Assembly: GCA_016235585.1 (NCBI GenBank)
Contig: JACRJY010000098.1
Location: 8,810-72,809, forward strand
DNA: 64,000 nt
Source of the DNA: Verrucomicrobiota bacterium
GTDB lineage: Bacteria > Verrucomicrobiota > Verrucomicrobiia > Limisphaerales > JACRJY01
Direction of reading: 5' to 3'
Below the pieces are notes generated by a model. That model had not been told where the DNA came from. It worked only from the letters and a program-made list of their open reading frames with translations, and ran no database searches. Below are positions 44,777 through 52,156 of the stretch, piece after piece. A program made the translations under genes and the position numbers. Each line of letters starts with the position of its first letter. Positions within the stretch are counted from its first letter, which is position 1.

Positions 44777-45276
44777 GGTAGGTTAAAAAGGATGCTGACA
44801 AGCTGCTCCAAACTCTGTTTTTTTGATTCGGCATCCCTGATTCTGATGCTCCGATACCCCTCTCGCGGAACTTTCACGCCTTTCTTCTTTTTCGTGGCCT
44901 GCGGGAACAGCGTGAGGTCTCGCATCGGCGCGATGCCGCGTCCACCCATCAAATGGTAGTGCGTGGGTTTGAGCGTTTCGCGGTCGTAGCAAATCCAGAC
45001 GACGCAGCCACCGACGATGCCGCTCAACGACTCTGCGACTGAATAGGAGTTGTTCGTCGTAGCCTTTGCCAGAGTCTTCATCTGGATTTGGCGTGTCACG
45101 GTTCGGAACGTCATCACAAGGTCGACCCCGGCATCGTCCACTTCCGACCGCAACACCGTCACCAACTCCGGCTCTCGGCGAAGCAGGAGAAAGCGCGAGA
45201 CATCGTAGATGAAGCGATGCCGCATCAAGTTCTCGATGTAGGACGAGTTTTCAGCGAGGAAGTCGGAGGAAATCAT
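44773..45276 (-). CDS. uncharacterised DUF4365-like PD-(D/E)xK protein
   Basis: The Met at 45276 overlaps the hsdS-remnant stop by ATGA, and the gene's own stop overlaps the next ATG by ATGA. Motifs: E15, D47-D-A-G-V-D52, Q65-M-K67. Confidence 0.55.
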   Translation of the reverse strand: MISSDFLAENSSYIENLMRHRFIYDVSRFLLLRREPELVTVLRSEVDDAGVDLVMTFRTVTRQIQMKTLAKATTNNSYSVAESLSGIVGGCVVWICYDRETLKPTHYHLMGGRGIAPMRDLTLFPQATKKKKGVKVPREGYRSIRIRDAESKKQSLEQLVSILFNLP

Positions 45277-45473
45277 GATGTGAGTTCTCTGGTGAAGGCT
45301 TTTTGGAAGATGGACTGGCGGAAGCGGGTGGCGCGCTGGAGGTTGGTGGACACCACCGCTTCCAACTCCACCACCACGCTCAACCGTCGCTCCACTTCCG
45401 CCACGATCCGCGCCGGCCCGGCGGAAATGTCCACGGTGGCGGCGGGGCGCAGTTGGGGCGAGGTGCAGGCCAT
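45273..45473 (-). pseudogene. hsdS: truncated Type I restriction-modification specificity subunit (HsdS) C-terminal remnant
   Basis: RIVAEVERRLSVVVELEAVVSTNLQRATRFRQSIFQKAFTRELTS matches the conserved HsdS C-terminal coiled coil (EQ-x-IV-x-x-(L/V)-(D/E) ... L ... A ... LRQSIL-x-x-AF-x-G-x-L). No target-recognition domain is left, and there is a stop 17 codons upstream of the Met. Confidence 0.55.
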
Positions 45474-45577
45474 GGTGATCGCGGAGCATGGGCGAAACCG
45501 GCTGCCGCGTCAATTCGCGTTCGGCGGCAAAACCAGAATTCACAACGGCTGTTCCCGGTGTCTCCGTGGCTTGGTGG

Positions 45578-45608
45578 TTCAAACAGGACAGGCTCGACAT
45601 CCGTCCTG
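45578..45608 (-). terminator. weak candidate terminator after leuA
   Basis: Minus strand: CAGGAC-13 nt-GTCCTG, then TTTGAA, starting 3 nt after the leuA stop. The stem is short, so confidence is low. Confidence 0.3.
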
Positions 45609-45610
45609 CG

Positions 45611-47290
45611 TCATGCCCGGTTCAGCGCGCCCAACACCGCCTTGATGGAGGCCAGCTCGATGTTCGTGTCCACCGCCGCGCCCCAGCGGGTCTTGCCGTC
45701 GGCAAGTTTGATTTGGATGTAGGAAATCGCGCTCGCCTCCTCGCCCGCGCTCAAGGCGTGCTCGCGATAGTTGCTCACCTCGAACTTCGGCGCGCCGCCG
45801 GTTTGCAGCGCGTGGACGAACGCCGCGATGGGGCCGTTGCCCTTGCCGGTGAGCTTCAATTCCTGGCCGTCGCGTTTCACCGAGGCGCGGCACTGGAAAA
45901 CGCCATCCGCGCCGTCCGCGTGGAAATGGATGAGCGACCACGGCGTCGCGCGCTCGATGTATTCCTTCCAGAACATCGCCTTCAATTCCTGACCGCTGAC
46001 CTCGCGGCCCAGCGCGTCCACGAGGTCGTTGGCGATGGGGCCAAACTCGCGCTGCATATCCTTCGGCAGCTCGATGCCGAACTCGCTTTCGAGCAGATAG
46101 GCCACGCCGCCCTTGCCGGACTGGCTGTTCACGCGGATGACCTCGCGGTATTCGCGGCCCAAGTCGCGCGGGTCAATGGTGAGGTAGGGCACGTCCCAAT
46201 GAGCGTTGAGGGTTGAGGGTTGAGGGTTGAGCGTCTTCTGCTCCCACTCGGCCAGACCCTTCTTGATGGCGTCCTGGTGCGAGCCGCTGAACGCGGTGAA
46301 GACGAGTTCGCCCGCGTAAGGCTGGCGCGGCGGAACGGTCATGCCGGTGCAGCGCTCGTAAATTTCGCGGATGCCATTGAGGTCGGAGAAGTCGAGGCGC
46401 GGGTCAATGCCGTGCATGTAGAGGTTCAGCGCGACGGTGACGATGTCGAGGTTGCCGGTGCGCTCGCCGTTGCCGAAGAGCGTGCCCTCGACGCGATCCG
46501 CACCGGCGAGCAGGCCCAGCTCGGTGGCGGCGGTGCCGGTGTTGCGGTCGTTGTGCGTGTGGAGCGACACGATGAGCGAGTCGCGGCTCTTGATGTTGGT
46601 GCAAATCCACTCAATTTGGTCGGCATAGACATTCGGCATCGCGACCTCGACCGTGTCGGGCAGGTTCAGAATCATCTTCCGCTGCGGGGTGGGCTGCCAC
46701 ACGTCCATGACGGCCTCGGAGACTTCCTTGGCGTATTCCACTTCCGTCGCGGAAAAGCTCTCGGGCGAATACTGGAGCGTCACGTCCGTGCCCTTGAGCC
46801 GGTGGAGGCGTTCTTGAATCCACTTCGCGCCGTGGACGGCGATGGCCTTGATCTCGTCCTTCGACTTGCCGAACACCACGCGACGCTGCGCGGGCGAGGT
46901 CGAGTTATACATGTGGATGACGACCCGCTTCGCGCCGACGAGCGACTGGAAGGTTTTCTCGATCAAGTCCTCGCGCGCCTGCACGAGCACCTGGATGGTC
47001 ACGTCGTCGGGAATGCGGTTCTCCTCGATGAGCCGGCGGTTGAAGGCGAACTCGGTGTTCGACGCGGACGGGAAGCCAACCTCGATTTCCTTGAAGCCGC
47101 ACTTCACGAGCGCATCGAACAGTTCGAGTTTCTGCGAGACGTTCATGGGCACGGCGAGCGCCTGGTTGCCATCGCGCAGGTCCACGCTGCACCAGAGCGG
47201 CGCGCGGGTGAGCGTGCGGGTGGGCCACTGGCGGTTCGGGAGGTGGACGCCGGGGAAGGGGCGGTATTTGGCGACGGTGTCTTTCAGCAT
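45611..47290 (-). CDS. leuA: 2-isopropylmalate synthase (long, LeuA type 2 form)
   Basis: 559 aa. WCSVDLRDGNQ, HTHNDRNTGTA and GERTGN motifs, plus the C-terminal LeuA regulatory domain. Confidence 0.92.
   Translation of the reverse strand: MLKDTVAKYRPFPGVHLPNRQWPTRTLTRAPLWCSVDLRDGNQALAVPMNVSQKLELFDALVKCGFKEIEVGFPSASNTEFAFNRRLIEENRIPDDVTIQVLVQAREDLIEKTFQSLVGAKRVVIHMYNSTSPAQRRVVFGKSKDEIKAIAVHGAKWIQERLHRLKGTDVTLQYSPESFSATEVEYAKEVSEAVMDVWQPTPQRKMILNLPDTVEVAMPNVYADQIEWICTNIKSRDSLIVSLHTHNDRNTGTAATELGLLAGADRVEGTLFGNGERTGNLDIVTVALNLYMHGIDPRLDFSDLNGIREIYERCTGMTVPPRQPYAGELVFTAFSGSHQDAIKKGLAEWEQKTLNPQPSTLNAHWDVPYLTIDPRDLGREYREVIRVNSQSGKGGVAYLLESEFGIELPKDMQREFGPIANDLVDALGREVSGQELKAMFWKEYIERATPWSLIHFHADGADGVFQCRASVKRDGQELKLTGKGNGPIAAFVHALQTGGAPKFEVSNYREHALSAGEEASAISYIQIKLADGKTRWGAAVDTNIELASIKAVLGALNRA
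46205..46232. repeat. heptanucleotide microsatellite (GTTGAGG x3 + GTTGAGC) inside leuA
   Basis: Read directly from the sequence. On the coding strand it encodes LNPQPSTLN in the variable loop between the catalytic and linker regions. Confidence 0.8.
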
Positions 47291-47311
47291 GGGCGTGAGG
47301 TGCTAGGTTTT

Positions 47312-47459
47312 GCCACAGATGGACACAGATGAAACACAGATGGGGCGGAATCAGGAAGGCAGGAAAACAGGAGCGGGATGAATGCTGCGCGCATCCCTGT
47401 CTTCCTATGTTTCCGCGTTGTTGATGCAAATCTGTGTTTCATCTGTGTCCATCTGTGGC
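47312..47459. repeat. perfect 30-bp inverted repeat separated by 88 nt (REP-like, CACAGATG family) in the leuA 5' region
   Basis: GCCACAGATGGACACAGATGAAACACAGAT (47312-47341) and its exact reverse complement (47430-47459). A related half-site, GCCACGGATGAAACACGGAC, lies at 42476-42495. Confidence 0.85.
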
Positions 47460-47460
47460 T

Positions 47461-47496
47461 AAAAACAAAAACCCCACCGCCGGGCTGGCAGTGGGG
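47461..47496 (-). terminator. intrinsic terminator in the leuA leader (candidate attenuator)
   Basis: Minus strand: CCCCACTGCC-AGCCC-GGCGGTGGGG (10-bp stem including one G-U), followed by TTTTTGTTTTT. It lies between the Leu-run leader ORF and leuA. Confidence 0.55.
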
Positions 47497-47518
47497 CTTT
47501 GAAATCCGTAAAATCGAA

Positions 47519-47632
47519 TTACAACCCGACCGCCGCGCCGCCCGGAGGCAGCGCGCGGATAAGCAGCAGGTTGTTCAAATTACGATTCACGGATGAATGA
47601 ATAACCGCCGGGCGGACGCCGGTCAAATTCAT
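47519..47632 (-). CDS. candidate leucine leader peptide (37 codons)
   Basis: ATG at 47632, TAA at 47519-47521. MNLTGVRPAVIHSSVNRNLNNLLLIRALPPGGAAVGL has 7 Leu, including the run CTG-CTG-CTT. Its last codons contain GGCGGTCGGG, which can pair with the terminator 5' arm. Confidence 0.35.
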   Translation of the reverse strand: MNLTGVRPAVIHSSVNRNLNNLLLIRALPPGGAAVGL

Positions 47633-47734
47633 TTTTGCCCGGCGGACAAGCAAAGCCACGCTGGCAATCACGGTCGCTTCAAATATTGCCGGCGGATTGC
47701 GGACGGACAAATTCCGCTTCAATGAGCAAAAAGA

Positions 47735-50398
47735 TTGGATTCGGAAGAGGAAATCGGCAACAATCAAAACCCAATGGGCCTGGAACATCTTGAATCTGCG
47801 GAAATGTCCGACGCTGGCAAGCAGCGGGAAAAAAACGGGGACGCCTGCCTGCTGCTGCCGGACAAAGGCGTTTTTTGTGTTGCGGACGGGAAGGGCGGGG
47901 TGGTGGGCCACGGTTTTTCCAGCGAGGCGGTCACCAGCAATTTGCAGGAAGTCTTCGCGAAGGCCGCGCCCGAAGCGACGAACGGTTTGTCAGCGGGCAT
48001 TGCCCAGGTGCGGAAGGCGGCAAGCCAGGCGAGCAAGGCGCTGCGGAATTTTGCGGACGAAAAGGGCACCGGGCAGGTGATCTCCACCTTCGCGGGGATC
48101 GTCTTCAGCCCGCGCAATCCCACCCGGGCGGCGGTTCTGCACGCCGGCGACAGCCGGGTCTACCGGCTGCGGGCCAACCGGCTGGAGCCATTGACCGTGG
48201 ATCATACCACCGCCGCGCTCCTCGCCCGGGACACCGGCCAGGATCCGGCGGACTTGCCGCCCGAATTTCAAGAGGAGCTGGTGCAGGCCGTCGGGGCGAA
48301 GGCGGAGGTCGAACTGGAAAAAACCGTCGTGGACGTGGCCGGCCGGGATGTCTTCCTGATCTGTTCCGACGGGCTGACCAAGATGATGTCCGACGAGTCC
48401 ATCGGCCGGCTTCTGATCAAGTGCGGCAGCCTCTCCCTCAAGGACGCGGCAAAAAAGCTGGTGGAGGCGGCCAATCGCGCCGGCGGAAACGACAACGTGA
48501 CCGTCGTGCTGGTGAAGGTCGGCGACATCAGCAAGGTGTCGTATGAAAAAGGCGCGGATGACGACGAGCCGTTGACCGCCATCAAAGCGTCTCCCGCGAA
48601 AACACCCGCCCCGGCTCCTGACCGTGGCGAGCGCCCCAAAGCCGCGCCCGCCTTCGACGAGTCCCCGGATGCGGATCGCGCGGAAACCCCGGCCTCCCGC
48701 CCGGCGCAAACGCCAGAGCCGGCCGGCGCGCCCCGCAGCGGCGGCATGCCGGTCAAGGCCATCGTGATTGCCGTCGTCGCCCTGGTGGCGGTGGTCGGCG
48801 GCATTTTCATGTTCAAGGGGCGCGGTTCCAAAACATCCGCACCAACTTCCGCGCCGACTGTCGAGTCCACGCCGGAAACAAATTCAACGCCCACGCCCGC
48901 TCCGTCCGTGGCGGCCAAGCCGCCGCCTGAACCTCCGCCGCCGGTTGCGCCGCCGCCGGTTGCGCCACCCGCCGCCGTGCCGGCGGCCAGTGCGACGGGC
49001 CATCTCCGCCTTCAGAGCGAGCCGGCGGGGGTGGCGGTGTTCCGCTTGGGCGAGCGGGTGGGGGAAACCCCGTATGAAGCGCAACAAGTCGCGCCGGGGA
49101 AACTGGCCTTCACGCTCGGCTCGCTCACCCACACGGGTGCCGTCGAGTTCACCCTCGCCGCCGGGGCAACCTACACGACCAACGTGCCCCTGATTCCACG
49201 ACTGGGTTCGATCAGCTTGAGCAGCGATCCCGCCGGAGCCACCGTCTGGAACGGCGGCAAAGCGCTCGGCAAAACGCCGGTGGATTTGAAGCTGCCGGCC
49301 GGCCCGCAGGAATTCACCTTGAAATTCCCCGGCCTCCCCGACGCCTCGTTGAAGGCCAAGATCGAGCCGGATTTGATAGTGAAGGCCAGCGTGCCGTTCG
49401 CCTACGGGGGTGTCGTCATCACCAGCGAGCCGGCGGGGGCGGCGGTGAAATGGAACGACAAGGTTGTCGGCAAAACGCCCTACACGAATTCCCCGCTGCC
49501 CGTCGGGCGCGCGACGTGGCGGCTGGAGGCGGAACATTTCGAGCCGACCAACGTGGTCACGCAAATCCTCGACCACCAAACCGCCCGGCTGCGCGTCGTT
49601 CTCCCGCGCGCGCACGGCACGCTGGATTTGCAGGGCAACCGGGCGGGCATCCAGGCCCGCGTGGACGACGGGCCGCCCGTCGCCGTGCCCGCCAAGGTCA
49701 GCGTCACCGCCGGTCTGTCCCACACGGTCGTGGCGGAATACAAGGGCCAGCGCCGCACCAACGGCCCGGTGCAGGTGGATCGGAGCGAACGTCAGACCTT
49801 GAGCTTTAATTTTGAGGAGCCAAAGACCACGCCGCCTCCGGCTCCGTCCCCGGCTCCACCGCCGCCGCCCGCCAATCCCGCCGCCAAAAACGAATTGAAA
49901 AAATGGATCAGCCCGCTGGGAATCGAATTCATCCGGCCGGCGGGCCAGGATTTCTGGATCACCACCGCGCGCATCACGCCAAAGCAATACGAGCAAATCA
50001 CCGGCAGCACCCTGGAGGATGACGAGAAGGGCGAAGACAACGGCCAGCCGTGCGTAATCAATACTTCCTACGGCGACGCCCGCGCCTTTGCGGAAAAAAT
50101 GTCCGGGCTGGGGGCGCGCAGCGGCCGGCCGGCGGGATACGAAACCGCGCACTACGCGCTGCCCACCCCGGAGCAGTGGAAAATCCTGCTCGACGCCTCG
50201 GACGCGCTCGGCCTCCCCGTCAAGGCGCAGACGAAATTTTCCGAATGGTGCCTGGTCATCACGAGCCGGGGAGCCGTGGCGCATCAGGCCGGTTCCAACC
50301 GGGGGAAAATGGAAGTTTATGAAAGACTGCCCGCGCCCGCCGCCTCCGAGCGCGATCCCTACCTGACCTTCCGTCTGGTCATCGTGAAATCGAAGTAG
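47735..50398 (+). CDS. membrane protein: cytoplasmic PP2C Ser/Thr phosphatase + TM + PEGA repeats + C-terminal FGE/SUMF1-like domain
   Basis: PP2C motifs (REKNGDACLL, FCVADGKGG, LICSDGL, GGNDNVTVVLV). TM helix VKAIVIAVVALVAVVGGIFMF. At least 4 PEGA-like units (S-x-P-x-GA-x-V ... G-x-TP). The tail has FGE-like YALPTPEQWK and FRLV. Starts at 47774 or 47804 are possible. Confidence 0.8.
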   Translation: MDSEEEIGNNQNPMGLEHLESAEMSDAGKQREKNGDACLLLPDKGVFCVADGKGGVVGHGFSSEAVTSNLQEVFAKAAPEATNGLSAGIAQVRKAASQASKALRNFADEKGTGQVISTFAGIVFSPRNPTRAAVLHAGDSRVYRLRANRLEPLTVDHTTAALLARDTGQDPADLPPEFQEELVQAVGAKAEVELEKTVVDVAGRDVFLICSDGLTKMMSDESIGRLLIKCGSLSLKDAAKKLVEAANRAGGNDNVTVVLVKVGDISKVSYEKGADDDEPLTAIKASPAKTPAPAPDRGERPKAAPAFDESPDADRAETPASRPAQTPEPAGAPRSGGMPVKAIVIAVVALVAVVGGIFMFKGRGSKTSAPTSAPTVESTPETNSTPTPAPSVAAKPPPEPPPPVAPPPVAPPAAVPAASATGHLRLQSEPAGVAVFRLGERVGETPYEAQQVAPGKLAFTLGSLTHTGAVEFTLAAGATYTTNVPLIPRLGSISLSSDPAGATVWNGGKALGKTPVDLKLPAGPQEFTLKFPGLPDASLKAKIEPDLIVKASVPFAYGGVVITSEPAGAAVKWNDKVVGKTPYTNSPLPVGRATWRLEAEHFEPTNVVTQILDHQTARLRVVLPRAHGTLDLQGNRAGIQARVDDGPPVAVPAKVSVTAGLSHTVVAEYKGQRRTNGPVQVDRSERQTLSFNFEEPKTTPPPAPSPAPPPPPANPAAKNELKKWISPLGIEFIRPAGQDFWITTARITPKQYEQITGSTLEDDEKGEDNGQPCVINTSYGDARAFAEKMSGLGARSGRPAGYETAHYALPTPEQWKILLDASDALGLPVKAQTKFSEWCLVITSRGAVAHQAGSNRGKMEVYERLPAPAASERDPYLTFRLVIVKSK

Positions 50399-50404
50399 CC
50401 GAAA

Positions 50405-50508
50405 CCTCGGCAAAACGTAGTGGGACAGGCATCTTGCCTGTGGGTGTTTGCGAGCCAACTGGATAGAACTGGAAGCCTGTCCCACTCCTTGCGGCATTTT
50501 TGCCGAGG
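50405..50508. repeat. REP-like nested hairpin between convergent genes
   Basis: Outer stem CCTCGGCAAAA/TTTTGCCGAGG. Inner stem AGTGGGACAGGC/GCCTGTCCCACT. Alternative local hairpin ACAGGC-ATCTT-GCCTGT. Confidence 0.65.
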
Positions 50509-50557
50509 TCTCAAACCGTGTTTATTGATGGCTGCTCCCGCCGACGTGTCTCCGGCT

Positions 50558-51880
50558 TCACTGGTTTCGTCCGCCCGCCAAATCCACGCCCGCCAATCGC
50601 GCCTTGTCGCGCGCGTAAAACATCCCGTCCGCCAGCGCGGGATACGCGCGCACCCCGCTGCCGAGAATCTGCGCGTGGCCCGTCTCCTGAAACTTTTCCG
50701 GCGCGGCGCGGGCACGAATCAACTCGCCCTTCTCCGTCAGCACGAGCAGTTGGTCGCCCGCGAGCATGACGTTTGCCCCGTGAAAACCCGGCCGGCTCCA
50801 GCGCACCTTGCTGGTGTTGAACTCCACGCAGCGCAGCTCCGTGCCGCTGGCTGAATCATGCCGCCCGTGCAGGCCGTAGAGGAAGCCGTCGCGATGCACG
50901 GCGGTGGAGTATTGCAGCGAGAGCTGCTCGTCGCCGGCCCAGATTTTCTCCGGCGGGCCGTGCTTGATCCGGAACAGCGCCGCGCCGAGATCGTAGGCGG
51001 CGGAGATGAAAACCTGATCGCCGACCACCAGCGGCGTCGCGCCCGTGACGGAGGCCTGCACGGACGGACGGAACGGCAGTTGGAAATGCGCCCTGCCGTC
51101 CGCCGGATCAAGGCCGGCGAACTGGCCGCGCGTCAGCACGAAAACCATGCGCTGGCCGCCGACGGTGGCCGCCGACGGCGAGGAATAACCCGGCTCGTCG
51201 TCCAGCACTTTCCAGCGCACCTTGCCCGTGCCCTGATCGAAGGCGACGACGCTTGATCCATTTTTGCCGCCGACGTTCACGATGACCGTCCCGCCCTCCA
51301 CCAGCGGCGAGCACGCCCGGCCAAAGAAACCTTTCGGCGCGGCGAAATCCTTCTTGCCGTCCACGCTCCAGAGTATTTTGCCGGTGGCGAAGTCGAGCGC
51401 GTGCAGCGCGCCGTCCGCGCCGTAGGTGAAAACTTTTCCGTCGGCGATGGTCGGCGTGGCGCGCGGGCCGGGGTCGAAGCCGAAGTCGTCCTGATACGCC
51501 GTCGGGTAATCGAACTTCCAGCGCGGTTCGCCGGATTTGGCGTCGAGGCATTCAACCGTCTCCGTGTCGCCGAGGCGGTGAAAGAGAATCAGTTTGCCGT
51601 CCGCGACCACCGGCCCGGCAAAGCCCGCGCCGATTTTTTTCTGCCAGACAACGGGCGGGCCGGCCTTGGGCCAGGCGGTGGCGAGGTTGGTTTCGGGGGA
51701 AATGCCGTTGCGATCCGGGCCGAGAAGCTGCGGCCAGTCGGCGGCGGTGGCATTCAACAAAAAGCAAAACGCGCCAGCCGCCCAGGCAAGGCAATTCCTC
51801 ACCCGGATGCCGAAGCCGGCGGCGGCATTCTTGTGGAGGGCGCCGGCACTTGTTGCTGCGTTGACAGCTTCCTTTTTCAT
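50558..51880 (-). CDS. PQQ-like beta-propeller repeat protein (BamB-family fold), secreted
   Basis: Met at 51880. Signal-like hydrophobic segment, DWPQLLGPDRNG, and repeated A-x-D-x-x-(S/T)-G-x-x-x-W propeller blades. Confidence 0.72.
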   Translation of the reverse strand: MKKEAVNAATSAGALHKNAAAGFGIRVRNCLAWAAGAFCFLLNATAADWPQLLGPDRNGISPETNLATAWPKAGPPVVWQKKIGAGFAGPVVADGKLILFHRLGDTETVECLDAKSGEPRWKFDYPTAYQDDFGFDPGPRATPTIADGKVFTYGADGALHALDFATGKILWSVDGKKDFAAPKGFFGRACSPLVEGGTVIVNVGGKNGSSVVAFDQGTGKVRWKVLDDEPGYSSPSAATVGGQRMVFVLTRGQFAGLDPADGRAHFQLPFRPSVQASVTGATPLVVGDQVFISAAYDLGAALFRIKHGPPEKIWAGDEQLSLQYSTAVHRDGFLYGLHGRHDSASGTELRCVEFNTSKVRWSRPGFHGANVMLAGDQLLVLTEKGELIRARAAPEKFQETGHAQILGSGVRAYPALADGMFYARDKARLAGVDLAGGRNQ

Positions 51881-52146
51881 CGCCGGAACCACGTCCAGAA
51901 AAAGCCGATGATGAGCGCGACGGCCACGAGCCACCAGAACCAGTGGATGCCGCGCGGCACGGCTTTCTTCGGGCCGAACTCGCGCTGGACAAACTCGTCG
52001 TAGTCGAAGTGGTCATCGGGCAGGCCGAGGTTGTCGGCGTGGGTTTGCTCCGACCAGCCGGTGCGCTCGTCCGCGCCGCATTCGGGACAGGCCTTGGCCT
52101 TGCGCGGCACGTCCGCGCCGCAGTTAGGACAAACCTCGGGAGCCAT
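51877..52146 (-). CDS. zinc-ribbon protein with C-terminal TM anchor
   Basis: CPNCG ... CPECG knuckles at the N-terminus and a C-terminal helix WFWWLVAVALIIGFFWTWF. Its stop overlaps the next ATG (ATGA). Confidence 0.55.
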   Translation of the reverse strand: MAPEVCPNCGADVPRKAKACPECGADERTGWSEQTHADNLGLPDDHFDYDEFVQREFGPKKAVPRGIHWFWWLVAVALIIGFFWTWFRR

Positions 52147-52156
52147 TACAAGTTTG

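Noticed and set aside
47519-47911. Full 130-aa minus-strand ORF upstream of leuA
   Set aside because: It overlaps the start of the PP2C gene on the other strand and has no protein-like features. Only its last 37 codons (from ATG 47632) are considered, as a possible leader peptide.
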